Shown piece by piece: positions 13,642 through 40,170 of a stretch of DNA of 64,000 nucleotides. A program made the position numbers and the translations under genes. Within the stretch, counting starts at the first letter, position 1. Each line of letters opens with the position of its first letter. This stretch comes from Amoebidium appalachense (taxonomy: Eukaryota; Protista; Ichthyosporea): contig CAVNZM010000002.1 of NCBI GenBank assembly GCA_963693365.1, positions 16,711,615-16,775,614 on the forward strand. The letters are read 5' to 3'. Under the pieces are notes generated by a model that saw only the letters and a list, made by a program, of their open reading frames with translations, ran no database searches and was not told the origin of the DNA.

Positions 13642-15007
13642 CCCCCCCCTCTCTCCCTGTGTTTCTACTGTCGACATATAGTTGAGAAAAATACCGCTAA
13701 TGATGATGTCCCCACGGGTCACCATTGCCTATTTCCGACCACTTTTAACCCCCCCCCCCCCCCCCCCTCAAATGATTGCAGGAATCCCTCCCCCTCCCCC
13801 CCCCCCCCCCCCCCCCCCACCCCACCCCCTCCCCCACCGCATGCACATACACACTACCACCACCTCCTCCTAGCCTCCTCCTGATACCATCACCGCGACC
13901 CCCGTCCCCCCCCCCCCACCGTATAATACTCCCCACATGCCTGCCCTCCCGAGGCTCCCCCCCCTCCTCCACCCGAGGTCCCCCCATCCCCCCGAGCCCC
14001 GCCTGCCTTCTATACATAGGTCGCTTGTACGGCTGAATAGTCATGTACATATCGAATTAAGTTCAGCGAAATAAAGGCCGCTCTTTTCAGGTGCCGAGTG
14101 TGAGAGATGGGGGCCACCTCCTAGCATGGCCTATGGGGGGCCCATGCAAATCCCAATAAAGACTAATCACGTTGCACACAGGGCTGTGCTGTTAATTGCA
14201 GGTAGGTCTAGGGGGTGCCTCAAGTGGACCTGGCCGGGTTATCTCCCCTATTTCGCCCACTTTGCCCCACACGCCGAATAATTCATCGCCAACCCCCCCC
14301 CCCCCCCCCCCCCCCACCCCCCCTTCTCCACCATCCCTTCCCCCCCTCCCCCCTTCTCCCCTCGCCCCCCTTCGGGCCCCCACCTCCCCTGCCTTGCGCA
14401 TTCATAGACACACGTGCACACACTGGCTGACGAATTTGTTTCTTTTAGCACTTGTTGAATAGTTCCTACTGCCTATATAGGTTTCCAGCAACGATTTCCA
14501 GAATACTCTTTTTCAGTGGCTCCGAAAGTTTTATTTACCGGTTGGCACTGCAAGCCCATACGCACGTCAATGTGTGTCTCCTAAGCCTTCTCACGACCAG
14601 TTTGGGTTTCTGCCGTCATATATATACCTGTAAAATATATAACACACTTTGAGTATTCCATCTTGCTACCATTTGCGTCTCTAATCCCATTTAATCAATG
14701 TAAACTTGACTGAGCTCTAATATTTGAACATGAATCCCATCTAATCGTTACTACATATTTACATGGTGCCTAAATCTCAGTGGGTCTCATACATGACACC
14801 GGGAAGCCTGTTTGCGACTCGTTTGTGCTAAGTGAAATTTCCTCTTGCCTAAATTTCATTGGTTCTTATACAATACACACCTGTACACTTGTCAAATTTG
14901 CACCGATCGAGGTCCCCATTCCCACCCCCCCCCCTCACTCCCACACCCACACACAACACCGCTGCCCTTCCTGAAGCCTCCCACTTAGGCAAATGCAACA
15001 TTCTCAA

Positions 15008-15042
<35 letters not shown>

Positions 15043-15142
15043 CCGGCCTCCCCACACACACACAGACATTGCTTTGACCTACCCTGAAACCCACAAGCCA
15101 AAAGAATATTTACTATTTTACCCAGATGGCTCATGGTCAGCA

Positions 15143-18395
<3,253 letters not shown>

Positions 18396-19227
18396 TATAG
18401 TGGTGCCGAATGGTGGCGTGATAAGAAACAACGTGTTTGTTGCTCGAACTGCGCTAACATAACTGGCACAGATTTTTTTTTCTTCAAATGGTACAACTCT
18501 GAAGTGCAGTGGCAACAAGAGGAACTTCTTCGGCTGACTGACTGCCTGTAAAGATGTAAAGCCCGGGCCCCCCATAGGCGTGCCCTAGTCTGCCCAGTCG
18601 CTATGTACATGTGCTCAGCAGTACGACCCAGGCTCGTTTCCCGAAGTAGCACGATAATTATACGGTCATTTACTAAACCATGTTCCCACTTTTTTTGTGT
18701 GTTATATAAGTATTGAAAGAAAAGAGATGAGTAACTAGTGCACCTTGACCTGGATTTCAAGTTGGATGTGTCACTTGGGGTGGTGCTTTTGCAATTGCAT
18801 ACCGTGTTTTACGTTTGCTTTTGTTGCATTCCTAGACCGATCTCAGATCTATTTCTCTGATCGGATTGGCGGATACTATTGTAAGCACATCCAATCGCTG
18901 CATTCGACAACAAAATAGCTGCCAAGGCCTACCCTGCAGCTAATGTAGAGGCAGGTCGCAACCCTACATAAAAAAAGCCATAGTAATATCCTGAATAAAA
19001 ATATTCGGTGCCAGGCCGGAATAAGATATCCTAGATAGGATGTCTTGATCGTTTCACGTGACATGCACGTTAGTCTTTGACGTAGCATAGCTGCATTCCA
19101 GCTGGCATTCCGATGGTTGAGCGGGCACCACTACCGAAGTGTTTTTAAAAGTTATGATTATTAAGCCAATAGTATTTTGAGGTTAATTGGTAAACCGCCC
19201 TAATGTCATTAGGAAAATTGGTAAAAT

Positions 19228-19540
19228 GACTGACGTCTTCTATTTATAACCTAATTTGGCTAATCTGTAGCAGTGACGTGTGATCGACAGCCTCACCGTA
19301 ACGGCGTGACCGCCGGCGTCTGACCTGGCAGAGTCCGAATTTCCGAAACATTGGTTATGGGTAATAATAGTTAAATCAATACTCTACCAGTAATCTCATA
19401 TTATTCCCACAAGATCACAAATATCCCTAAAATATAAAAAGACATGCAAGACTCGGTACAAAAGCGGCCCACGGCCCGTGGATCCGCCCAGACCAATCGC
19501 GATCGCTGACGTCACAAACCGTGCGTTTTATTGGCTGAAC
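19228..19540. promoter_or_regulatory. Probable shared promoter between the divergent F-box/ankyrin and ORMDL genes
   Basis: Repeat-free region with CCAAT (19493), TGACGTCA (19507-19514), ATTGG (19530) and extra TGACGT half-sites near 19231 and 19274. Confidence 0.45.
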
Positions 19541-19866
19541 CAAAACTTTCAAGAAATCGTACGTGCGCGCTTTTGACCACAACCCGCAACTGCAAGTTTC
19601 ACTTTCCAGACTCTTTCATCATTTACTTAGAAGGCTTTCAAAGTTAACTATTGTAGGTAAAGGATCTAAGGCGTGGAAGAAAAGAAGTACCGGTTGTAAG
19701 AAGCTGCCATATTAGCCATATAGCTTTTGTTGCCTATACATGGTGCCTTCTTGACTGCAAAGCAACAGTACTGGTTACTCTTGGTGGATTACCTTTTCTT
19801 GGGCGCTTTCAACACGGTTTGCGTCTTTTAATCCTTCATAGCCTGCTTCTTGATTAGAACGAAAAT

Positions 19867-21127
19867 ATGGCACCGTCAGTGAAAGAAAAGCAGGAATGGG
19901 CGAGATATGAAAATGTTAAATCACAAAACGATCTTCTCGGCCCTTTGCCAAACCCAAACATCACCGTTTTTGAGCACCCAGCCTCCTACGTGGTGTGCAT
20001 TCTCTTGATTCTGCTTGGCAGGCTAGTTGCTGGCTGTTTCACGAGCGACGTGGGCACGGCGTGGTTCTTCACCAACACAGGACACAACATTGTAAGGCTG
20101 CCTTCCTCCAACCTCCCCCCCCCCCCCCTCCCCCCTCCCCCTACCCCCTCCCCCCTCGCCCATTTGGGGGTCTTCTCTGTTGCTCCGTCTTCTGGCCCCT
20201 TTCCGTCCCCTGTTGCCGCTCACGTCCCCCTTCCCCCCTTTTCTTTCCGCGTTTTCCCGTCGAACTTTACTTTTGGCATACCAGGCGTTTTTCAGCGTCC
20301 TTTCATGACCTCCTTCGACAGTCTCTTTACTGAATTAAGCTGGTGTTGGGTTCTTTTTAGCTAACCCCTTCTATATCCATATTCTTATATTTTTCTGTGA
20401 AGTGTCCATGCACTCGTGTGCGCTTGCTGAAGCTCTCACAGCATGGGAGTGACTGCTTGAGAAGAGTTGTTGCATAGAAACTTTCCAGAGTTGAGCTACC
20501 CTCTGATGGTTACAGCTGGTTGTTTTATGTAGTTTTGCGCCACCCTCCCCACCCTTTCTCTAACTGCCTTTATTAATTTTTGTTTTGTTTTACGTTTGTG
20601 GCTTTGGTTCCTTACTTCATTTACTGAGTCTCTATTGTAAGATTAGTCGTATAATCCTAAGGGACTTCTCAGTTGTCTTTTGTCAGTGATGCTCTGTCTG
20701 CCAGTCCAGTTTTTCGGCTCTCCCTTTACGTGTTATGTGACAGTGCTCCCTGGTCATTCTGTGCCTGTCTGTGGTTGGTTCTGTTGGTGGCTTCCCTGCA
20801 CGCATCAGCACGGTAGCCATTTTAGCTGCCAGCGGAATCTTAGGCACCTAAATCATTCCTCGTCGTTATTGTGAAAGATGTTTAAGGATTTTTATACCAC
20901 TATCTGCTCATTTTGACTTGAGTGCCCGCTTATTGCCTTTCGATCCTCCACCCCCCCTCCCCTGCCCCCCCTCCCTGCCCCTCTTTCCCCCCCAGTTTAG
21001 ATCCAGCTTTTCCATCTCTCTTCCCCCCCCCCCCCCCCCCTCTCCCCCTTTCCCCCCCCCCCCCCCCCCCCCCCCCCCCTTCCTCCCCTCCTCCTCTGCC
21101 CATGCTCCTTTTCTCCACGTCTTGACA

Positions 21128-21158
<31 letters not shown>

Positions 21159-21783
21159 ACACTCTCTCTCTCTCTCTCTCTCTCTTTCCTACGTCTTTAA
21201 ACCTCCTCCCCCCCCCCCCCCCTCCTCCCCCCCCCCGCTGGCCGCCACCACCCTCTTTCTCTTTCTTCACTCTCCCCAACCTCGAACACCTCTCCCCCTT
21301 GATATTCTTTCTTTTGTACCATGCCTCACAGCTGCTTGGTTATTTGATTTCTCTTAGTTGGTTTGCTTTCGTTTAGTCTTCTTCGTATGTTAAACCTGAT
21401 TTTCTTTTTGACCTGCTGATCCCCCCCCCCCCCCCCCCCCCTCCCCCGCCCGGGGGCTCCTCGCAACCCTCCCCACCGTCCTTCCCCTTCCTCCTCCCGT
21501 TAACATTCTTCATCTGATTCTTTTAAACCCCTCCCCCCCCCCCCCCCCCCCCCCTTGCCTCTTCTTCCTTAGCAGACCTGGTAGATCACATGCTCCAAGA
21601 CCTGAGCCTCTTTATGTCCTGTCTGTTTCTTGGCCCCCTGCTTTCCCTTTTCGGACTCTCCCTCATCCCTCCCGGCCCACACCTGAGGATGGGCTCTGCT
21701 TGCTTTTTATGTGTGGTTTGGACTCTGCCTTGTGTTGTTCGTTGTGAGTGTGTGCTACGTATTCTATAACACATTCTCAACAC

Positions 21784-21852
<69 letters not shown>

Positions 21853-22258
21853 ACACACCTGATGTAACTAGATGCATGCAAGTAGTGCCTTTCATGTGTA
21901 CCCCCACAGCCACTCGGACTTCCTAACCTCCCTCAATCCCCATCATGCCCCCTCAATGCAAACTCCCCCACCCATTCCTCTTAACCCCTACTGCCCCACT
22001 GTTGCACTTCAACCTATTTCTATTTATCTGGTTCAGAATTCTTGTCCCCTGAAACCCTCCCTCTTTCTGGTAGCGATTTCTGTACTCATCATCCCCCCCC
22101 CCCCCTCTCTCCGCCCCTCCCCCCTACCTGGGGAACTTCCAGCAGGGAGTCATTGTGTTTTTGTGAGCATGTGTGACGTGTGTTCATTGATGTGCATGGT
22201 CGGTCATGTTGACCTTATTATCTTTGCTGCCCATTTCTTTCCCTACAACCTGTCTGTA

Positions 22259-22306
<48 letters not shown>

Positions 22307-22687
22307 ACCACCACCACCACCACCACCGCCCGCCTACCCGCCTACCCTCCCATTTCGCTGCTTGATATCCTGCCCTTTGTATGCCTCCTGCCTGCCTGTC
22401 CTCCACGTCTACTCTTTGTGCCCCTCTTTGCTCCTGTGCTCCCTTAATGTGCCTGCCAGTAACCCCCCCCCCCCCCCCCCTCCCCCCCCCTCCCCTTTTT
22501 GGCGGTGCTCACTCATGGTCTCCCCGCCTCTTCTCCCTGTGTCTTTGTATGTTTCTTAGGCTTTGAACGCCAGCCCCTTCAACCTTTTTTTGAACGCCAG
22601 CCCCATCAACCTTTTTTTGCTACTCTTTCTATGGTTTTTGCATGTCTTTCGGTTACTCTTTGTCCTGTAATCGCTTTGCCGCTTCAG

Positions 22688-22720
<33 letters not shown>

Positions 22721-23471
22721 GCCCGCCCCGCCCCGCCCCACTTCTCCCCCTTGCCCAAACACACACACACGTTGCACCAACTCCACCCTTGTAACTGCAA
22801 TGTTACTGCCCTCCCCCCCCCCCCCCCCCCCTCCCCCCCCCCCCTCGCCCTGCCCCGCCACCCCCCTTGATCTTGCCAGCGTTCTATTTTACTTTACACC
22901 CACTGTCCACCTATAACCGGCCTAATCATTTCTGGAGGTTACTCTGCTGGTCTGCTCTGTCATTCCCGGTGCCTATAGTTATGCTTTAGTGTTCCGCCCT
23001 CTGATGCCCACATCCCCCTCCCCCCCCCCCCCCCCTCCCCCCCCCCCAAAACACACACACACACACACACAAGTCGATCATGACCATGCCGTGTTAACAT
23101 TTTGCCTCGGGCGCCTTTACCCACACCAATCAGCTTCCCCCTCCATTCAATCCCTAGCCACCAGCCATACTGTTCCCTCCCCTCATCGGGGCTCCCCTCA
23201 TTTATTCACCGACCATACCGTTTCTCCCCCCATCCACTCCTAATACACCAAATATACCGTTCCCTCACATTCCATACATTACACGTGCCCGGAGTCCCCC
23301 CCCCCCCCCCCCCCATCTCGCCTGGGTCGAAACTCGGGGACTGTGGAAGACGTGGCCCCCCCCCTGAGGATGGGCTCTGCTTATTATGCATACTCTTTAT
23401 GTATGGTTTGCATTCTACATCGTGTTATCCGTTTGTTCTTGAGTACTTCGTAGTTTATGACGCATTCCCAA

Positions 23472-23502
<31 letters not shown>

Positions 23503-24532
23503 CAAAAGAAAAAGGCAAATTTACAGCATCGTTTGCCTTGTACCGGGTTTTATTTTCCAACGCGTAGTTGTATAACACACATCCATGCACTTATTATACC
23601 TGGGTTGCAAGCACACCCACAGCACACACACACGTACCAACCCACCCAACACCCAACCAGATCCCAACACCCACCCACCCACCCACCCACCCACCCACCC
23701 ACCCACCCACCCACCCACCCACCCACCCACCCACCCACCCACCCACCCACCCACCCACCCACCCACGTACACCCACCCACGTACAGGTGACGTACATCAT
23801 CTTCCACTACCTCAAGGGCACGCCGTTCGACCAGGACCAGGGCAAGTATGCGCGGCTGACCTACTGGGAGCAGCTGGACTATGGCGAGCAGTACACCACC
23901 GTGCGCAAGTTCTACACCCTCGTCCCCATGGTCCTGTACGTCAAACACCGCCCCTCCCTCCCTTCTCAATCGTCAACACAAACCTTATCCCTGCCTTCTG
24001 GCGGGGTCGGGTCCCCTGTCTCCTCCACTTGCTTTTCCTTGGTACCCATGCAGACACACAGGCACACATGGGCACGCAGACGCACAGGCACACAGGCACA
24101 CATGGGCATGCAGGCACACAGGCACACAGACATACATGGGCATGCACGCACACATGGGCATGCAGGCACACAGGCACACATGGGTGTGCAGATACGCAGG
24201 CACACATGGGCATGCAGACACACATGGGCATGCAGACACACATGGGCATGCAGACACACATGGGCATGCAGACACACATGGGCATGCAGGCACACAGGCA
24301 CGCACGGACATGCAGACACGGGCACAAATGGGCATGCAGACACTCAGGCACACAGATGTACCCAAGTGGGCAGGCAGACACACTGGCACACACACGTGCA
24401 CACGTGGGCATGCAGACACACGGGCACACACACGTAACCCAGTGCGTGTGCGTGCACGTAGGCAGAATCGTTAACCCCTGCACATCCACACCCACACAAA
24501 CACAGATGTGCCCACACCCACTTGGCCCCCCC

Positions 24533-24595
<63 letters not shown>

Positions 24596-24891
24596 ACACA
24601 CACGTGTCTCCCTGTGACCACCCTGTATGCACTCCGACACCCCTGGGCATGCACACCTTCTTGCCCATGCAGACCAAGTCCCACCCCCACCTTTGCACAC
24701 GTGAGCCTTATCTTCCCCCTCTGACCCTGCTTTTCCTTCATGGATGCCCCCCCACCACCAGGTTCCTGATAGCCAACCATTACTGCACGGGGTTTCAGTG
24801 GTGGTGCCAGGTGGTGCAGTTTGCCATCATCCTCATTGGCAAGAGCCCGGCAATGCACAAGGTCCGCATATTCGGCATCGGCAGATACTGA
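19867..24891 (+). CDS. ORMDL: ORM1/ORMDL sphingolipid biosynthesis regulator. Exons 19867-20091, 23787-23935, 24762-24891
   Basis: NPN...AWFFTNTGHNI|VTYIIFHYLKGTPFDQDQGKYARLTYWEQLDYGEQYTTVRKFYTLVPMVL|FLIANHY...KSPAMHKVRIFGIGRY*, with the hallmark ORMDL motifs KGTPF, LTxWEQ.D and H.VRIFGI. Exon phases are consistent. Confidence 0.97.
21682..21784 (+). mobile_element. Diverged copy of the poly(C)-tailed intronic retroposon family
   Basis: CCTGAGGATGGGCTCTGCTT...TGTGTGGTTTGGACTCTG...ACATTCTCAACACT followed by a long C run. Confidence 0.7.
23325..23471 (+). mobile_element. Copy of the poly(C)-tailed intronic retroposon family
   Basis: GGTCGAAACTCGGG..CCTGAGGATGGGCTCTGCTTATTATGCATACTCTTTATGTATGG...GACGCATTCCCAA-C(n), highly similar to the reverse complement of 28512-28655. 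Confidence 0.85.
24045..24430 (+). repeat. About 18-bp minisatellite (GGGCATGCAGACACACAT)n in ORMDL intron 2
   Basis: Tandem units visible, degenerate at both edges. Confidence 0.85.
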
Positions 24892-25205
24892 CGAGATATA
24901 CGTGGTACATGTGATAGGTTAGAGAGAAATGTTGGGATATGGGCGGGATAGATGTGTGGACCTTTTTCCTGAGACTTGTAACTTTGCCCCCCCCCCCCCT
25001 TTTTTTTTTTTTTTTTTGGCATTTCCCCCCCTCTTTTAGCCCTGCTGCTCGTCACTCTTTTTGGCAATTTGGTGTGAAGTCTGAACTACTTTGCTTCTGC
25101 TCTGTTATATACCTTTGTCTTGATTTGATCTTTTTGGGGGGGGAGGGGGGAGGGGAGGGGGTTTGATTGGTTGTGTGTGTCTGTGTTGTGTGCCTATGTG
25201 TGTGC

Positions 25206-25246
<41 letters not shown>

Positions 25247-25546
25247 GGGGGAGGCTATGAATGCAACGTGAGAACGGACCTGTGGTTTTGTAGCAGCGGG
25301 CAGAAGGCGTCCCTGTGTGTCCCGGGGGGGGGGGGGGGGGATATGGGACGTGTATGGTACACGTGTGTGTCCGCTTCACTGCAACTGGTAAATAAATTAG
25401 CTGCAAACTCTTCACTAGATCTATTTTATAACCGCGTGGATGGACATAGGTTAGTTTTACCTCTCTGTTTTTTGATGTTTTTTGATGTTTTTTTTTTTCT
25501 TTTCGATATCCAGTGTTATATTGTGCTCTTGTTGAGTTGGGTGGGT

Positions 25547-25623
<77 letters not shown>

Positions 25624-26029
25624 GGAGAGGCAAGACTTTGATGTACGTAGAACAAGCAAATGCCCGGGTGGCAGTGTTTCACCATGATCACATGATAAAA
25701 TTAAATGACTTTTTGATGCACCCATGAGCATGTATGGTGGGCACAGCAGTTGTTGAAAACCCTTGGGTTGGCTGTCTGGCAGTATCAGGTACTGCCTGCA
25801 AACACCTGTGCTTGGTGACCCAGTGTGCACATATACATGGGCACCGCGCACGCGGGCGCGAGCGTGTTTGTGTGTGTGTGTGTTTGTGTCACGGTGGCTG
25901 CATGCGCACGCACGTGTGTGTGTGTGTGTGTGTTTGTGTGTGTTTGTGGGGGTGGGGGGGGGGGGGAGGGGGAGGGAGGGAGGGAGGGAGGGAGGGAGGT
26001 CTATAGATCTCTCTCTCTCCCTCCCCTCC

Positions 26030-27340
<1,311 letters not shown>

Positions 27341-27508
27341 GATTTTTGAATAGAGAGAGAATGTGTGTATGTGTGTGTGTATGTGTGCCATATAGGCGCA
27401 GCGGGCAAGGGGGTGGTGTGTGTGTTGGGTGTTCTTGTACGTGTGTGCTTGTGTGTGTATGCCCCCTTTTTTTTTTTTTTTTTTTTTTGGGGGGGGGGGG
27501 GGGGGGGG

Positions 27509-27660
27509 ACAGTAAACACACGTAAGCAATAGTAAGAACAACAGATGAATAGTTTTATGTACTTAGACGGGGCCTGCCCGAAACCCACACCGGGATTCGA
27601 ACCCGGTCAGCGACGTGCGTATCCAAGAACTTAGCGGTATATAAGAACCCTATGGCTTAC
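27509..27660 (-). mobile_element. tRNA-related SINE-like element ending in C(n)A(n)
   Basis: The minus strand has a canonical T-arm/B-box CCGGG-TTCGAAT-CCCGG (27590-27606) without a full cloverleaf, then about 80 nt of body, about C20 and a long A run. Confidence 0.55.
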
Positions 27661-28053
27661 TATGTACAAGTGGGAAACACACTAATAGAACCCAATAGAA
27701 ACACTTGAACACGTGGATATGCTATAATATGCTCATATTCTGCTGCCATACGTTCATATGACCTGTCTTGTGTGCCTGTATGGTGCATTTTAGCATGTAT
27801 GCATGTTGTGGGCGCCTGCGGTGAATGGATCTCGTGGGTGTCTGTGTATGTGTTCACAAAGTTGCAAATGTGTTGAAGTGTACTTATCATACAGTCCGAG
27901 CATATATATTTTTTTGACGTGTGTAATACAACATGAAAACAACCGTACACAAGGAACTATACGGTGGAATCAAGTCCTGCATATGATAAATTTTCATGCT
28001 CCAGCAACTCCCATGTAATTTCCATCGTGTGTGTATTTATGTTTTGCTCCGAC

Positions 28054-37092
<9,039 letters not shown>

Positions 37093-37716
37093 TTTCGACA
37101 CTAAGAACAGGCACAGAAATCACGGAGTTCGTAAGAGTCGGATGCACACTGCCACTGAGTTCATTGTTGTGTTCAAGGCTGTGTGGGGGTCTGGGACTGG
37201 CAACCAGCCCCTTAGAAAGACCAAAATCCTGGGGTCTATAAAATTAATGAAAACAAAATCGCAAGAACATATAACAATTTCTAACTTTTAGAAAAACACC
37301 CAAAATGCCTCAATAGGGGGTTAGCAACAACCAATCGTTGAATTTTTAGATTAGCTTTATTCGGCAACTACTATTCAGGGTTCTAAAATATGAGAGGCTG
37401 GGGCCGTTGGGGTAGGCCTCTCAGCCTGTGAGTCGTGACCCAAAGCTTTGGTGTAGTCCTAAGACCTACTTGGTGTAGCGTTATTTGAGCCGGTAATACA
37501 GTAGCGACACACAGAATATTTAAGATCATAAAGGCTTGTTGATTATGTAGCCTAGTATAGCGCGCGCGTGTGTGTATGTTGGTGTGTGTATGTTTGTGTG
37601 GGTCCAAGTGCATGTGTGCGTGCGTTTGTGTGTGTGTGTGTGTGTGTGTATGACACGCGTTTGTGTGTGTGTGCACTCTCTCAGGCTCCCTTTTCAACTC
37701 CTCCCCCTCCCCCCCA

Positions 37717-37833
<117 letters not shown>

Positions 37834-39279
37834 CCCCCCCTCTCTCTCTTTTGTGTGTGTGTGTGCGTTCGTGCATGCGTCTGGGTGTGTGGGTGGGTGT
37901 GCGCGCGCGTCTGTGTGTACTTGTGCATCTGGGCGTGCGCCTGCGTGTTTGCTTGTCTGCGACCTTTACCGTCTGGCTGTCCCCCGGGACCTGCACACGG
38001 ACTGTAGTACGTGTTGCTGAAGCAACAACTGCATATCCCACTCCGTCACCAACAACAAAGGAACTCTCCCAGTTCGAGGGAAGCCGCGGGTGCAAGTGGG
38101 CTGGAAAGCTGTTGCCCCAAGCTGCTCAGAGACAACATGTACACAAGAAATTGCCGTAGTGGAGTTTAGTGTTTTTTGGGAGCGACTTTCACTGGGAAGT
38201 GGCCGTAGTGGGTGGAAAACCCAACCTCAACTTTATTTTCTCTGTTGCGACCAACCTTCAAGAAGTCCACAATATAGGCAACTGTTCTGTAAAACAACCT
38301 TCAAGGTAGGTAGCGAGATCAAAGATTTGCCTTCATCGTGTATGAACATAGCATCTTGTGTGTTTCTTTGTAGTGTAGACACCAGCACTAATACTAGTAA
38401 CAGTGGTTTGCTGATCTCAAAATGACTTGATCTTATGAATAATTTGAACACGCAAACACAGCACTAACATATACCCTGGCAGGATATCGGACCTAAGACA
38501 CCCGTGTAATTACAAGCACACACACAAACACCTGCATGCAACACACACACACACACACACGTGCACACATGCACACACACCCACACACACCCACACATAC
38601 ACACAGAACACGTGCGTGTTCATGCACACAGCTACAGTCAAAGGCAGACGAATCGACATAACAGGCACAGGCATGTTTATACACAAACACGAAGGGACCA
38701 CACACACACAAACACACGTGCACGTATGATGCGCATATCCATGATACACAGACACCTATGAAACTTGAACACAAATAAACACAAGACACACACACACGTG
38801 TGCACGTGTGCACGTCAGTTTCTTTAGGGGCCTACAGGATTGTGACAAGTCTATTCTAAGTTTGAGAACCGATGCAGGTGTCCTTAAAAAGGCGTTTGAG
38901 TATAAGCAAGAAAGGTGTGCTTGAGTGTGCTTGAAAGAGCGCGTCAAGGTGTATGTGTATGCGAGAGCAAGAAGGTGAGGGCAAAGCAAGGAACATGTAC
39001 CTGTAAGACCACGTATTCATGTGTGTGCCCCTGTGAGTGTGTCTGCACTTGTGTGCACGTGTGTGTGTGTGCCCATGTGTGTGTGTCCACGTATCGGCGC
39101 ATGTACGTCTGTGCGTGTGTCTGTCCTTTGTGTGCAAACGAGTGTGTGTGTGTGTTAATGTGCATGTGTGTGTTTGTGTGTGTGTGTGCGTGTGTGTGTG
39201 TGTGCTGTGTGCTGTGTGTGTGTGTGTGTGTGTGTGTGCATGTGTGTGCACGTGTGTGTGTTTGAGTGGATGGTTGCAT

Positions 39280-39310
<31 letters not shown>

Positions 39311-39764
39311 GGGGGGGGGGGGAGATGTGTGTTTAGGTGCATGCCGCATAGTATATGTCGTGTGTGTGAAAGCAAGAGTGTATATGGGTGTACGTGCACC
39401 TTTAACGGTGTTGTTTGTTCATATTTGTGTGTACACACAGCGCGTTTGGGTGGTTATATGTCCATGGTCTTGTGTCTGCGTTTGTGTGTGCAATTCGAAG
39501 AGAGTGTGTGTGTTGGTGTGTAGTTGTGCGTGTGTGTGCCCGCAGACCCGTGTGTGTTGTACATGTGTGTCTGTGTTGTGTGTGTGTGCCGGCCAGCTGA
39601 CTGTGCCCGGCGCACCGGACGTGTTCATGCAAAGTAAAGGGAGTGTTTCGGTAGCAAGCACTTAAAACTTTGTGTGGTAAGTCCGGGGGCTCACAACACA
39701 AAGAGAGTGTACCCGCGGATATGCTCCCGATTCTTTCTAAGAGCAGGTGAACACCATAACGGCT

Positions 39765-40170
39765 TTCCCCACAGGGGCGCCTATGACACATGAACGGCAT
39801 TCCCCCACAGGGGGGGCGCCGACGACACATGAACGGCATTCCCCTACAGGGGGGGAGCCGACGACACATGAACGGCATTCCCCTACAGGGGGGAAGCCGA
39901 CGACACATGAACGGCATTCCCCCACAGGGGGGGAGCCGAGGACACATGAACGGCATTCCCCCGCAGGGGGGGCGCCGACGACACATGAACGGCATTCCCC
40001 CCATGGCGGGGGGAGCCGACGACACATGAACGGCATTCCCCCACAGGGGGGGAGCCGACGACACATGAACGGCATTCCCCCACAGGGGGGGGGCCCGACG
40101 ACACGTGAACGGCGTTCCCCCACAGGGGGGGAGCCGACGACACATGAACGGATTACCCCACAGGGGAGAA
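39765..40170. repeat. 39-bp GC-rich minisatellite, about 10 copies
   Basis: Unit approximately CCCCACAGGGGGGAGCCGACGACACATGAACGGCATTC, with CATGAACGG at 39789, 39828, 39867 and onward. No unique spacers. Confidence 0.93.

Noticed and set aside
23325-23375. Hammerhead ribozyme in the repeat (GAAAC...GUA and CUGAGGA motifs)
   Set aside because: Core words are present in permuted order, but stems I and II could not be paired convincingly, the GUA is mutated in this copy, and an alternative hairpin uses the same bases.
27570-27660. tRNA gene
   Set aside because: Only the T-arm is present; no acceptor, D or anticodon stems could be built.
39765-40170. CRISPR-like array
   Set aside because: The units are contiguous with no unique spacers, there are no cas genes, and the context is eukaryotic.
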